Assembly (NCBI GenBank): GCA_018385275.1 | Contig: JAHAZM010000022.1 | Span: 1-61,066 of the forward strand | Reading direction: 5' to 3' | Length of the DNA: 61,066 nucleotides | Source: Eubacteriales bacterium | GTDB lineage: Bacteria; Bacillota; Clostridia; Christensenellales; MB2-83 | Shown here: positions 40,921-50,906 of the stretch, one piece after another | Layout: every line of letters starts with the position of its first letter | Position numbering within the stretch: position 1 is the first letter of the stretch | Position numbers and translations under genes: made by a program | Notes under the pieces: generated by a model | Database searches by the model: none | What the model was told of the DNA's origin: nothing | Seen by the model: only the letters and a program-made list of their open reading frames with translations

Positions 40921-42703
40921 ATTGTTAGCAGGATGGAAGAGAACGCATTTCTGCGGACAGATCGGTCTGGAGGATTGCGGGAAGGAAGCCGTTATGATGG
41001 GCTGGGTACAGGTGCGCCGCGACCTGGGCGCCGTGATTTTCGTCGATCTTCGGGACAAGACGGGTCTCGGTCAGGTCGTTTTCGACAAGAGCCTGTGCCG
41101 TCATTTCGATAAAGCGGAGCAGATTCGCAGCGAGTACGTCATCGCCGTTCAAGGCGTGATCCGCCCGCGCAGTCCCGAGACCGTCAACCCCAATATGGTC
41201 ACCGGACAGGTGGAGCTTAAAGCGACGGATATCAAGGTGCTGTCCGCCTCCGAGACGCCGCCTTTTGAGATCGACGACGATACCGCCGTCAACGAGACGC
41301 TGCGTCTGAAATACCGTTACCTGGATCTGCGCCGTCCGTCCATGCAGAGCAATCTGTTCCTGCGCTCGAAGGTCTGCTCGATCGTGCGGAATTTCCTGGC
41401 TGAAAACGGATTCACCGAGATCGAGACGCCGATCCTGTGCAAGAGCACGCCCGAGGGCGCGCGTGATTATCTGGTGCCGAGCCGCGTGCACGAGGGCGAG
41501 TTTTACGCTTTGCCGCAGTCGCCGCAGCTTTTCAAGCAGATCCTGATGGTTTCGGGCATGGACCGCTATTATCAGATCGCCCGCTGCTTCCGCGACGAAG
41601 ACCTGCGCGCCGATCGTCAGCCGGAGTTTACCCAGATCGATATGGAGCTTTCCTTTGTGGAAGAAAACGACGTCATGGAGGTCAACGAGCGGCTCATGGC
41701 GCGGATCTTCAAGGAATGTCTTGGCTACGAAATGAGTTTGCCTCTGAAACGCATCACCTGGCAGGAAGCCATGGATAAATACGGTTCGGATAAGCCCGAT
41801 CTGCGTTTCGGTCTGGAAATGGTCGACGTTTCCGATCTGGTCAAGGATACGGAGTTCAAAGCCTTTGCCGGCGCGGTGGCCGCGGGCGGCAGCGTGCGCG
41901 CCATCAACGCCAAGGGCTGCGTCAACATCCTGGCCCGCCGCGAAATCGACGCGCTGGGCGAATTCGTCAAGACTTTCAAGGCGAAGGGTCTGGCGTGGAT
42001 CAGCCTGAAAGAAGAGGGCATCCAGTCGGCCATCACCAAGTTCTTTACGCCGGAGCAGACCGACGCGATCATCAAGAGATTGGACGGACAGACCGGCGAT
42101 ATCCTGTTCTTTATAGCGGACAGCAAAAACGAGATCGTCTACAAAGCGCTGGGCGAGCTTCGTCTGCGTCTGGGCAAGCGTCTCGATCTCATCGACAAGA
42201 ACGATTTCAAATTCTGCTGGGTGACGGAATTCCCGTTGTTGGAGTATAGTGAAGAAGAACAAAGACTGGTCGCCGTGCACCATCCTTTCACCAGTCCCAT
42301 GGACGAGGATCTGTCCCTGCTCGATACCGATCCGCTGCGCGCCCGCGCCAAAGCGTACGACATGGTGCTCAACGGCGTGGAACTGGGCGGCGGTTCGATC
42401 CGGATCCACGTCGCCGACGTGCAGGAGAAAATGTTCCAGCTCATCGGCCTGGACGAACAGACGGCTCACGAGCGGTTCGGTTATCTGCTCAACGCGTTCC
42501 GTTACGGCGTGCCGCCCCACGGCGGTCTGGCTTTCGGTCTGGACCGTCTGGTTATGCTGCTCGCGGGCAAGGATTCCATCCGCGACGTCATTGCTTTCCC
42601 GAAAGTGCAGAACGCTTCCTGCCTGATGACCGACGCGCCGACGCCGGTCGACGACAAGCAGCTGCGCGAGCTGCACATCCGGGTCGACAAGCGACATGAT
42701 TGA
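40913..42703 (+). CDS. aspS: Aspartate--tRNA ligase
   Basis: 596 aa. LPQSPQLFKQ, FRDEDLRADRQPEFTQID and GGGSIRIH. Confidence 0.97.
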   Translation: MSELLAGWKRTHFCGQIGLEDCGKEAVMMGWVQVRRDLGAVIFVDLRDKTGLGQVVFDKSLCRHFDKAEQIRSEYVIAVQGVIRPRSPETVNPNMVTGQVELKATDIKVLSASETPPFEIDDDTAVNETLRLKYRYLDLRRPSMQSNLFLRSKVCSIVRNFLAENGFTEIETPILCKSTPEGARDYLVPSRVHEGEFYALPQSPQLFKQILMVSGMDRYYQIARCFRDEDLRADRQPEFTQIDMELSFVEENDVMEVNERLMARIFKECLGYEMSLPLKRITWQEAMDKYGSDKPDLRFGLEMVDVSDLVKDTEFKAFAGAVAAGGSVRAINAKGCVNILARREIDALGEFVKTFKAKGLAWISLKEEGIQSAITKFFTPEQTDAIIKRLDGQTGDILFFIADSKNEIVYKALGELRLRLGKRLDLIDKNDFKFCWVTEFPLLEYSEEEQRLVAVHHPFTSPMDEDLSLLDTDPLRARAKAYDMVLNGVELGGGSIRIHVADVQEKMFQLIGLDEQTAHERFGYLLNAFRYGVPPHGGLAFGLDRLVMLLAGKDSIRDVIAFPKVQNASCLMTDAPTPVDDKQLRELHIRVDKRHD

Positions 42704-43112
42704 GATCGGCGAAGTCGTTTCCGCAGCCGACGGTAAGGTGACCGTGCGTTTTGCGCGCACGTCGGCCTGTGGAAAGTGCACGGCCTGCGGGATGAGGGAG
42801 GATCAGACAGAGGTCCTGCTGGAGTTTGAGGAAGAAGGGCTTTCGGTCGGTGAAAAAGTCCGCGTGGAAATGCCGAGCGGCGGATTCGCCGTTTCGGTGC
42901 TGATCCTGTACGGGATCCCGCTGCTGATGCTGTTTGCCGGTCTGCTGATCGGGCTTGCGGTTTTTTCCGGACCGCAGCGCGAACTGTTGGCCGCGCTGAC
43001 GGCGCTTGGGGCGACGGCGCTGACTTACGGAGTCATCAAATTCTGGGATCACAAGCTGAAAAAAGCGAGACTTTTTCAGCCGAGGCTGATAAAAAAGGAG
43101 GAAATCATATGA
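42696..43112 (+). CDS. RseC/MucC-family (SoxR-reducing system) small membrane protein
   Basis: 138 aa. GKVTVRFARTSACGKCTACG N-terminal Cys cluster, followed by two TM helices. Confidence 0.7.
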   Translation: MIEIGEVVSAADGKVTVRFARTSACGKCTACGMREDQTEVLLEFEEEGLSVGEKVRVEMPSGGFAVSVLILYGIPLLMLFAGLLIGLAVFSGPQRELLAALTALGATALTYGVIKFWDHKLKKARLFQPRLIKKEEII

Positions 43113-43435
43113 GCGGAATGCATATTCTGACCATCACGGACGAGTCGTTTGACACGGCCGTTGGATCGAACGGTACGGTATTGGTGGATTTCTGGGCGCC
43201 GTGGTGCGGTCCGTGCCGCATGCTCGGTCCCGTGATCGAGGCGCTGAGCGAGGACTATGCCGGGCGCGCACGCGTCGGGAAAGTCAACGTCGACGAAAAC
43301 AAGGAGGCGGCAGCGCGGTTCGGCATCATGTCCATCCCCACGGTGCTGATTTTTAAGGACGGTAAATTGGTAGAAAAGTCGCTCGGTTACAGAAGAAAAG
43401 AAGAAATCGCGGCGCTTTTGGAGAAGCACATCTGA
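43109..43435 (+). CDS. trxA: Thioredoxin
   Basis: 108 aa. WAPWCGPC active site. Confidence 0.96.
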   Translation: MSGMHILTITDESFDTAVGSNGTVLVDFWAPWCGPCRMLGPVIEALSEDYAGRARVGKVNVDENKEAAARFGIMSIPTVLIFKDGKLVEKSLGYRRKEEIAALLEKHI

Positions 43436-43451
43436 TAAGGAGAAAAAACGA

Positions 43452-44705
43452 ATGATCGATCTGAAGACCGTTTACGAAGTGGACAGCGCAGTCGCTGCCG
43501 CCATGGAGGAAGAATTGACGCGGCAGCGCAACCATATTGAGCTGATCGCCTCGGAGAATTTTGTCAGCCCCGCCGTTCTGGCGGCTATGGGCAGCCATCT
43601 GACCAACAAATACGCAGAAGGGTACCCGGCCCACCGGTATTACGGCGGATGCGAGTATGTCGATAAGATCGAAGAACTGGCCCGGCAGCGCGCCTGCGAG
43701 GTTTTCGGTTGTGAGCACGCCAACGTGCAGCCGCATGCCGGCGCACAGGCCAATCTGGCTGTGTATTTCGCTATGCTCAAGCCCGGCGATACGATCCTGG
43801 GCATGAGTCTGGCGCACGGCGGTCATCTGACTCACGGCAGTACGGTCAATCTTTCCGGCACCTATTACAAAACGGTTTCCTACGGCGTTACGCCGGACAC
43901 GAACCTGATCGATTACGACGAAGTGGAGCGTATCGCGCGGGAAACCAAGCCCCGCATGATCGTCGCCGGCGCGAGCGCTTATCCGCGGATCATCGATTTT
44001 CCGCGGCTGCGCGCCATCGCCGACGAGGTCGGAGCTTATCTCATGGTAGATATGGCCCATATTGCCGGCTTGATCGCCGGCGGCGCGCATCCGTCCCCCG
44101 TGCCGTACGCCGATTTCGTCACGTCCACGACGCACAAGACCCTGCGCGGTCCGCGCGGCGGCATCATCCTGTGCAAAGAGCGTTACGCCAAAGCCGTTGA
44201 CAAAGCGGTCTTCCCCGGCACGCAGGGAGGTCCTTTGATGCACGTCATCGCCGGGAAAGCCATCTGCTTCGGTGAAGCGGCCAGACCGGAGTTCGCGCAG
44301 TACGCGCATCAGATCGTCCGGAACGCGAAGGCTATGGCGGACGAGCTGCTGGCCGGCGGCATGAAACTGGTCAGCGGCGGCACGGACAACCATCTGATGC
44401 TGGTTGATCTGACGGAAACGGACGTGAGCGGAATGGAGCTTCAGATCCTGCTCGATCAGGCCAACATCACCGCCAATAAAAACTCGATCCCGTTTGACAA
44501 GGCCGGTCCCGTCGTGACCAGCGGCATTCGCCTGGGCACCGCGGCGGTGACGACGCGCGGGATGAAAGAAGAGGAGATGCGCCTCATCGCCCGCTGGATC
44601 ATGAGACTGATCCGCGAGAAGGACGCCGCTGTTGAAGAGGTAAAACGCGAGGTAATCGATCTGACGGATCGTTATCCGCTTTACAGTCGTGATATTCTTA
44701 AATAA
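43452..44705 (+). CDS. glyA: Serine hydroxymethyltransferase
   Basis: 417 aa. [17 protein letters not shown]-lysine motif. Confidence 0.97.
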   Translation: MIDLKTVYEVDSAVAAAMEEELTRQRNHIELIASENFVSPAVLAAMGSHLTNKYAEGYPAHRYYGGCEYVDKIEELARQRACEVFGCEHANVQPHAGAQANLAVYFAMLKPGDTILGMSLAHGGHLTHGSTVNLSGTYYKTVSYGVTPDTNLIDYDEVERIARETKPRMIVAGASAYPRIIDFPRLRAIADEVGAYLMVDMAHIAGLIAGGAHPSPVPYADFVTSTTHKTLRGPRGGIILCKERYAKAVDKAVFPGTQGGPLMHVIAGKAICFGEAARPEFAQYAHQIVRNAKAMADELLAGGMKLVSGGTDNHLMLVDLTETDVSGMELQILLDQANITANKNSIPFDKAGPVVTSGIRLGTAAVTTRGMKEEEMRLIARWIMRLIREKDAAVEEVKREVIDLTDRYPLYSRDILK

Positions 44706-44729
44706 TTAGATTTTACGGAGGAAAAGAAG

Positions 44730-45911
44730 ATGAGTGACATCGTAGTAGCCGGTCATATTTGTTTCGACGTGATTCCCGGTTTCCGCAAGCAGGGGAAAAC
44801 CATGGAGGAGCTGTTTGTTCCCGGCAAGCTGATCAATATGGACGGCTGCAAGTGCTCGACCGGCGGCCCTGTTTCCAATACGGGCATCGCGCTGGCCATT
44901 CTGGGCCAGGACGTCAGCCTCATGGGAAAAATCGGTAACGATATGTTCGGCAACGCCATGCTCGACCTGCTGAAAAAGGGCGGTTTTGAAAAGGGCATGA
45001 TTAAGGTCGACGGCGAAAACACCTCGTATACCGTCGTTATCGTACCTCCGGGCTATGACCGTATTTTCCTGCATCATACCGGCGCGAACGACACCTTTGT
45101 CGCGGACGATATCGATTATGATTTTGTCAAGCAGGCGAAACTGTTTCATTTCGGGTATCCGCCGCTGATGAAAAAAATGTACGAGAACGACGGACGCGAG
45201 CTTGTTGAGATCTTCAAGAGGGTCAAAGCGCTCGGCGTGACGACCAGTCTGGATATGAGCCTGCCGGACGCCAACTCCGACAGCGGCAAAGCCGACTGGG
45301 AGAAGATCCTGTCCAACCTGCTTCCCTACGTGGACATCTATATGCCCAGCGTGGAGGAGACCATGTACATGATCGCGCGCGACGAATTCGTCAAACTGAA
45401 CAACGCGGCCGTCGGCGGTCACGATATCCTCGACGCGCTGGATCTCAACGTGCTGCCTGAACTGGGCGACAAGCTTATCAAGCTGGGCGCCAAGGTCGCC
45501 GTCATCAAGTGCGGCGTGCGCGGCTATTATGTCCGTACCGCCCGCGACCTGTCCGGTTTCGGCAAAGCCAAACCGGCCGATATCGCCGACTGGACGAACC
45601 GCGAGCTGCATGAAGAGAGCTTCCACGTCGAGCACGTCGCGGCGGCCACCGGCAGCGGCGACAGCAGCATCGCCGGTTTCCTGGCGGCGTTCATGAACGG
45701 CGAGACCTTGGAAGAGTGCATGAAGGTCGCCTGCGCCGTCGGCGGCGAGAACGTACAGGTGTTCGACGCGCTTTCCGGCATCAAATCCTGGGATGAGACC
45801 AAAAATCTGATGAAAGATTGGCCGAAGAACAAGACCGTCGTCAGCGGCGATTACTGGCAGTATGACGCGGCGAAAAAGAATTGGAGAGGCAGAAAAGATG
45901 GCGAAAGATAA
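44730..45911 (+). CDS. PfkB-family carbohydrate kinase with a C-terminal extension
   Basis: 393 aa. N-terminal VVAGHICFDV and C-terminal ATGSGDSSIAGF (GxGD anion hole). Confidence 0.8.
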   Translation: MSDIVVAGHICFDVIPGFRKQGKTMEELFVPGKLINMDGCKCSTGGPVSNTGIALAILGQDVSLMGKIGNDMFGNAMLDLLKKGGFEKGMIKVDGENTSYTVVIVPPGYDRIFLHHTGANDTFVADDIDYDFVKQAKLFHFGYPPLMKKMYENDGRELVEIFKRVKALGVTTSLDMSLPDANSDSGKADWEKILSNLLPYVDIYMPSVEETMYMIARDEFVKLNNAAVGGHDILDALDLNVLPELGDKLIKLGAKVAVIKCGVRGYYVRTARDLSGFGKAKPADIADWTNRELHEESFHVEHVAAATGSGDSSIAGFLAAFMNGETLEECMKVACAVGGENVQVFDALSGIKSWDETKNLMKDWPKNKTVVSGDYWQYDAAKKNWRGRKDGER

Positions 45912-48570
45912 AAAAGCGTTTATCGTTCCGCATACCCATTGGGACAGAGAATGGCGCTATCCCATCTGGCAGAACCGGATGCTGCTCGTGCAGTTTTTCG
46001 ACGAGCTGTTCCGTATTCTGGAGCATGACGAGAACTATCGCTGCTTCGTGCTGGACGGGCAGAGCATCGCCGTGGAGGATTATCTCGAGGTACGGCCCTG
46101 CGACACGGAGCGCGTGAAGAAATACGTTTCCGAAGGGCGCATCGTTATCGGGCCGTGGTATACGCTGCCGGATCTGTATCCGCTTGACGGAGAATGTCTG
46201 GTGCGTAATCTGCTCAAGGGGATCCGCTATTGCGACAAGCTCGGCGGCCACCTCAAGGGCATCGGGTACAATTCCTTCGGCTGGGGTCAGATTTCGCAGT
46301 TCCCGCAGATCTATGCGGGCTTTGGCGTCGATTTCATCATCGCGGCCAAAAACGTCAGCAAAAAGCGCGCGCCCGTCAGTGAGTTCCTGTGGACGGCGCC
46401 GGACGGCACGCAGATCCTGACGACCCGCCTCGGCAAAGACGCGCGCGCCAATTTCTTCATGAACGCGTATATCCCGATCATGTTCGACAAAACGTACAAG
46501 AGCGACGAGTACAATTATACCTACGGACAGAACGGGAATCTGTATCACGACGCCTCGGCGGAGAATTTCTATAAGGACTATTTCAACCTCAACAGCAAGC
46601 CCTCCATTCACGACAACCGTCTTCACGACGCCATTGCCGAGGCGTGGAAGGGCGCGGAGGCCACGACGGTCAAGGACAAGAGACTGCTGATGAACGGCAG
46701 CGATTTTTCCACGCCGCAGCCTTTCCTGTCCGAGATCATCCGCAAAGCCAACGCGTCGTTCGACGATATTGAGTTCGAGCATACCACGCTGAACGATTAT
46801 GTCGAGGCGCTGCGCAAGGAGATCAAACTCGACGAGCTGCCCGTCGTCAAAGGCGAGCTGCGCGACGGACCGTCCTTTGCCTGCTCGGGCAATGCGCTGA
46901 CCACCCGTCCGCGTATCAAAATGCTCAACAAACTCGTGCAGAATAATCTGCTGCTGCAGGCTGAGCCGCTGAGCGTCATGGCCAAGAAACTCGGCGCGCG
47001 CTATCAGAAAGAAATGCTGGCGCTGGCGACTACGTTCATGCTTCGCTCGCACGCGCACGACAGCCTGAACGGCGTGACGCAGGACAAAACCGCCGAGGAT
47101 ACGATTTATCAGATGAATCAAGCGCTGGAGCTGGCGCAGGTCGTGGCCGATCACGCCTGCGGTTATATCGTCAGCCAGTTGGATATGTCCGGCTTTGCCG
47201 CCGACGACGTAGTCCTGACGGCCGTCAACTCCCTGCCGTATCCGCGCCGCACCGTCGTCAAACTCGGCGTCGAGTTCCCCGTGGAGAAGGAAGTCTGGGA
47301 TTTCGACATCGTCGACAGCGAAGGGCGCGTCGTTCCCAAGCAACTGGTCAGCCGTGACAGCCGTACCGTGCCTGTGCACGATATCGAGAGCCGGCCGTTC
47401 CCGTTCTATGCGGACAGTTTCGTCTGCTACGCCGAAATCGAAGTGCCGGCCTGCGGCTACAATACCTATCGCCTCGTGCCGACGGAGACCTATAACCGCA
47501 AGGCGGTATTCTGGAAACCCATGCGTACGACCGACGGCCGCGAGATCGCCCGCGATACGAACCGCATGGAGAACGAGTATCTCGCCGTGACGGTCAACGG
47601 AAACGGTACCGTCGATATTTTGGACAAGGAGACCGGTAAGGAATACAAGAGCCTCAACTACGTCGAGGATACCGGGGACGCCGGCGACTACTGGGTCTAT
47701 TATCCGCCGTATGAAAACAAGACTTTTTCGTCCAAAGGCGCCGCGGCCGAGGTCTATCTGACGGACAACGGCGACCTCAGCGCCACGATCGGCGCGTCCT
47801 ACCGGATCGACGGTATGCCGGTCGAAGCGCTCTATACGCTTGAAAAGGGCAACCGCAACCTCAAAGTGCGTCTGACCGTGGACAACAATAAATACGACCA
47901 TCGGGCGCGCGTGTGCTTTGATACCGGCGTGAAAGCCGACCACGTCGACGCGGGCGGGCTTTTCACCGTGGATAAGCGGGATCTTCTGCCCGAGGTCAAC
48001 GACGGACGGTATTACAATGAAATGCTGACCCAGCCCATGCAGGGTTTCGTGAGCATGGGCGACTTCAGCGTGCTTTCCAACTGCTTTACCGAGTATGAAC
48101 CGGACGCAAGCGGCAAGCTCAGCGTAGGTCTGTTCCGCGCCGTGCCGAACGTGATCTGCACCGAGTTCCGGTCGGCGGGCGTTTTCAAGGATCAGCACGG
48201 CGGACAGAGCCAGGGCAAACTGGTTTACGATTACGCGATTCGCATCGGCGGCGGCAATATTTATAAGGAAAATCAGATCCAGTTCACGCCGCTCAAGCTT
48301 GTTCAGACCAGCCATACCAACGGGACCCGTCCGCTGCGCGCAAGCCTGCTGGAGATCAAGGGCGACGTCGTGGTTTCGGCCATCAAGGAAGCTGAGGACA
48401 GCACGGACGACGTCATCCGCGTGTTCAACACCGGAGACGACGGCGTCAGCGCGACGATCGAAGGCTTTGAGCATTTTGAACTGATTAACTTGAACGAAGA
48501 AAAACAGGCTGATTGCGGCAAAACCGTCAGCGTCGGCGGTCACAAGATCGTCACGCTCAAGGTAAAATAA
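45898..48570 (+). CDS. Glycoside hydrolase family 38 alpha-mannosidase (MngB-like, cytoplasmic)
   Basis: Start at the ATG at 45898, after GGAGAGG. The IVPHTHWDREW signature is at the N-terminus. About 890 aa. Confidence 0.85.
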   Translation: MAKDKKAFIVPHTHWDREWRYPIWQNRMLLVQFFDELFRILEHDENYRCFVLDGQSIAVEDYLEVRPCDTERVKKYVSEGRIVIGPWYTLPDLYPLDGECLVRNLLKGIRYCDKLGGHLKGIGYNSFGWGQISQFPQIYAGFGVDFIIAAKNVSKKRAPVSEFLWTAPDGTQILTTRLGKDARANFFMNAYIPIMFDKTYKSDEYNYTYGQNGNLYHDASAENFYKDYFNLNSKPSIHDNRLHDAIAEAWKGAEATTVKDKRLLMNGSDFSTPQPFLSEIIRKANASFDDIEFEHTTLNDYVEALRKEIKLDELPVVKGELRDGPSFACSGNALTTRPRIKMLNKLVQNNLLLQAEPLSVMAKKLGARYQKEMLALATTFMLRSHAHDSLNGVTQDKTAEDTIYQMNQALELAQVVADHACGYIVSQLDMSGFAADDVVLTAVNSLPYPRRTVVKLGVEFPVEKEVWDFDIVDSEGRVVPKQLVSRDSRTVPVHDIESRPFPFYADSFVCYAEIEVPACGYNTYRLVPTETYNRKAVFWKPMRTTDGREIARDTNRMENEYLAVTVNGNGTVDILDKETGKEYKSLNYVEDTGDAGDYWVYYPPYENKTFSSKGAAAEVYLTDNGDLSATIGASYRIDGMPVEALYTLEKGNRNLKVRLTVDNNKYDHRARVCFDTGVKADHVDAGGLFTVDKRDLLPEVNDGRYYNEMLTQPMQGFVSMGDFSVLSNCFTEYEPDASGKLSVGLFRAVPNVICTEFRSAGVFKDQHGGQSQGKLVYDYAIRIGGGNIYKENQIQFTPLKLVQTSHTNGTRPLRASLLEIKGDVVVSAIKEAEDSTDDVIRVFNTGDDGVSATIEGFEHFELINLNEEKQADCGKTVSVGGHKIVTLKVK

Positions 48571-48572
48571 AG

Positions 48573-49685
48573 ATGAACGAACACATCCGGAAACTGATCT
48601 TGATATTGGAACAGGGCGGCGCAGACGCCGCCCTTGTTTCAGCTAACGTCAATCTCTGTTATCTGACGGGCGGCGTATTCGACGGTTGGCTCTACGTGAC
48701 GGCCGACGGCACGGAAACGCGCTTCGTGCGGAGCGGGGAGGGCGTGCGCGTTCGTAAACCCGAGCAGATCCCGGAACTGCTCGCGTCGCAGCCGGCCTCC
48801 GTCATGCTGGAGGACGATTATCTGTCCGCCCGCGAATATGCCCGTCTGGCGGCGCTGTTTCCCGGCGCGCGTCTCGTACCCGACGAACTGCGCCGGATCC
48901 GCGCCGTGAAAACGCCTGACGAGATCGCCCGGATCCGGGCGTCGGCCGACGCGCAGAAAGAACTCTATGCCGCTATCCCCGCGCTGTTCCGGCCGGGCAT
49001 GACGGATACCGAACTGGAAGCTGCCGTCGAATATCGCGCGCGCCTGCTGGGCGACACGAGGATGTTCCGCCTTTTCGGCGGGAAAATGGAGCTCTACGGC
49101 GGCAGTCTGCTCGCCGGAGACAACGCCGGCGTGGCGGCGCCCTATGATTTTGCCATGGGCGGCGCGGGCGTGCATCCGTTTAATCCCATCGGCGCCTGCG
49201 GCCGGGTTATTGAGCCGGGTATGACGGTCATGGTGGACTATAGTTTAAATAAGGACGGGTATTTGTGCGATATGACCCGGACTTTCGGCTATCAATGCAC
49301 AGATGAGCGCGTGAGCAGGTGTATGGACGCCGCGTCGGAGATCCTCGGGACGTGCGCGCCCATGCTTCGGGCGGGAACGCCGGTACGGGAGATCTATGAC
49401 CGTTCGCTGGCGATCGTGGAAGCGCGCGGTTTGTCCGGACAGTATATGCTGGCTTTCAATAATACGCGGTTTCTGGGACACGGCGTAGGGCTCGAGATCA
49501 ACGAGCCGCCCGTCATAACCGCATCGAAAGGGACGCTGGAGGCTGGGATGGTCGTGGCGCTGGAACCCAAATTCTTTGTGCCGGGCATCGGCGCGGCCGG
49601 GATCGAGAACACCTACGTCGTCGGAGAGAACGGACCGGAAAACCTGACGGCGTTTCCCGATAGCTTGCTTGAACTGACAGATTAA
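48573..49685 (+). CDS. M24-family Xaa-Pro peptidase
   Basis: Metal ligand pattern VDYS..GYLCDMTRT, HGVGLEINE, ALEPKF, GIENTY. Confidence 0.85.
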   Translation: MNEHIRKLILILEQGGADAALVSANVNLCYLTGGVFDGWLYVTADGTETRFVRSGEGVRVRKPEQIPELLASQPASVMLEDDYLSAREYARLAALFPGARLVPDELRRIRAVKTPDEIARIRASADAQKELYAAIPALFRPGMTDTELEAAVEYRARLLGDTRMFRLFGGKMELYGGSLLAGDNAGVAAPYDFAMGGAGVHPFNPIGACGRVIEPGMTVMVDYSLNKDGYLCDMTRTFGYQCTDERVSRCMDAASEILGTCAPMLRAGTPVREIYDRSLAIVEARGLSGQYMLAFNNTRFLGHGVGLEINEPPVITASKGTLEAGMVVALEPKFFVPGIGAAGIENTYVVGENGPENLTAFPDSLLELTD

Positions 49686-49717
49686 GACTTTATTTTTTAA
49701 AAAAACAAGATTGGGTG

Positions 49718-49746
49718 TTGATTTTGTTATAAAGCTGTGTTACAAT
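49718..49746 (+). promoter_or_regulatory. Promoter of the YegP-family gene
   Basis: TTGATT-17 nt-TACAAT, with TGTG immediately upstream of the -10 element. Confidence 0.6.
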
Positions 49747-49775
49747 ACAGTAAATAAAACACAGGAGGTATCATC

Positions 49776-50141
49776 ATGGGAAAATTTGTTCTGAAACAGA
49801 CTGCCACCGGCTTTAAATTCGATCTGAAAGCGGGCAACGGCGAGATCATCGCCAGCTCGGAGATCTACAAGACCGAAGCCAGCTGCCTGAACGGCATCGA
49901 CAGCGTCAAGAGAAACTGCGTCGGTGAAGTCGAAGACCAGACCGTGGAAGGCTTCGAGAAGAAGAAGCATCCGAAATTCGAGGTTTTCAAGGACAAGGCC
50001 GGCGAGTATCGCTTCCGTCTGAAAGCACGCAACGGCGAAACCATCGCCACCGGCGAAAGCTACAAGACCAAACCCAGCTGCCTGAACGGCATTGAGACCA
50101 TTAAGAAAAACGCTCCCGAAGCGCCGATCGACAAAATCTGA
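49776..50141 (+). CDS. YegP-family protein (tandem DUF1508)
   Basis: 121 aa. Two repeats of F.L.A.NGE.IA.SE.YK...SC.NGI..VK.N. AGGAGG SD. Confidence 0.85.
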   Translation: MGKFVLKQTATGFKFDLKAGNGEIIASSEIYKTEASCLNGIDSVKRNCVGEVEDQTVEGFEKKKHPKFEVFKDKAGEYRFRLKARNGETIATGESYKTKPSCLNGIETIKKNAPEAPIDKI

Positions 50142-50157
50142 TCCGGAAAAAACTCTT

Positions 50158-50196
50158 CGGGGCGTCTTCCGCACGGAAGACGCCCCGAATTCTTTT
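50158..50196 (+). terminator. Rho-independent terminator
   Basis: cggggcgtcttcc-gcac-ggaagacgccccg: a 13-bp stem, then aattctttt. Confidence 0.75.
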
Positions 50197-50235
50197 ACGC
50201 TTGGGAAGCGGCGGGACGGAACGGTCCCGTCGGAC

Positions 50236-50270
50236 AAAAAAAGAAGGGAGAAACCGCAAATTCTCCCTTC
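50236..50270 (-). terminator. Rho-independent terminator of the small-membrane-protein operon
   Basis: The minus strand reads gaagggaga-atttgcggtt-tctcccttc, followed by ttttttt. Confidence 0.75.
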
Positions 50271-50288
50271 ATATAGCTTGTAGAAAAA

Positions 50289-50489
50289 CTATTGCAGGCG
50301 CTCTTCCTGCTTTTTTTCTTTTTTGGTCAGAGCGGGAAAGCCGTCGCGCGCTTTTTTATAGCGTCGTCCGGCGAAAAAGAACACGCCGATAAGGATGAAA
50401 ATGACGGCCAGGCACAGTCCGAGCAGAGCGAAGACCCATTCGTTTCCCTCGATCACGAGGGGGACGGTTTCGGCGGAAAGATACGGCAT
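50289..50489 (-). CDS. Small bitopic membrane protein (66 aa), hypothetical
   Basis: AAAGGAGGAATAAGCT precedes the ATG. One TM helix (WVFALLGLCLAVIFILIGVFFF) followed by a Lys/Arg/Glu-rich tail. Confidence 0.65.
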   Translation of the reverse strand: MPYLSAETVPLVIEGNEWVFALLGLCLAVIFILIGVFFFAGRRYKKARDGFPALTKKEKKQEERLQ

Positions 50490-50492
50490 AGC

Positions 50493-50759
50493 TTATTCCT
50501 CCTTTCCGGCGTCCGGCGGCGCGGGTTCGTCGGCTTTTTTATTCTTCAGGAAAAAGTATACGCCGATGCCGGCGGCGGCGATGAGAAGGGCGATCCCGAG
50601 ATACAGAGCGATCATGGTGCCGTCCGGCTGCACAGGCGTATAAGGGGGTTCCGTATACGGAACGAAGGGAGTCGGTGTGGGCGACGCCTCCGGCGAGAGG
50701 GTCGCTATCAGCATGCCGGATAAAGAAACGAGCGAAGCCGGAAGTTTACCAATCATCAT
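50493..50759 (-). CDS. Small membrane protein (about 88 aa): signal-like N-terminus, Pro-rich segment, C-terminal TM anchor. Hypothetical.
   Basis: The start lies within the ATGATGATG cluster (50754-50762), 2-8 nt after GGAGG. The tracked ATG at 50783 overlaps the predicted -10 box. Confidence 0.6.
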   Translation of the reverse strand: MMIGKLPASLVSLSGMLIATLSPEASPTPTPFVPYTEPPYTPVQPDGTMIALYLGIALLIAAAGIGVYFFLKNKKADEPAPPDAGKEE

Positions 50760-50781
50760 CATATCCTCCGTAGACGCTTTC

Positions 50782-50810
50782 ATTGTATGCGCTCAGGCGG
50801 CGCTTGTCAA
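50782..50810 (-). promoter_or_regulatory. Consensus promoter of the small-membrane-protein operon
   Basis: The minus strand reads TTGACA-17 nt-TACAAT. Confidence 0.65.
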
Positions 50811-50858
50811 GAGGGAATCGTCTGTCTGCAAGCCTGTTTTTCCCGCGCAACAATTTGT

Positions 50859-50887
50859 TTGCGTACCGGGCTTTCCCGTGCTATAAT
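50859..50887 (+). promoter_or_regulatory. Promoter of the methyltransferase/HAD operon
   Basis: TTGCGT-17 nt-TATAAT, divergent from the promoter at 50782-50810. Confidence 0.5.
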
Positions 50888-50906
50888 GGGACAAAAGGAG
50901 ACGCCT

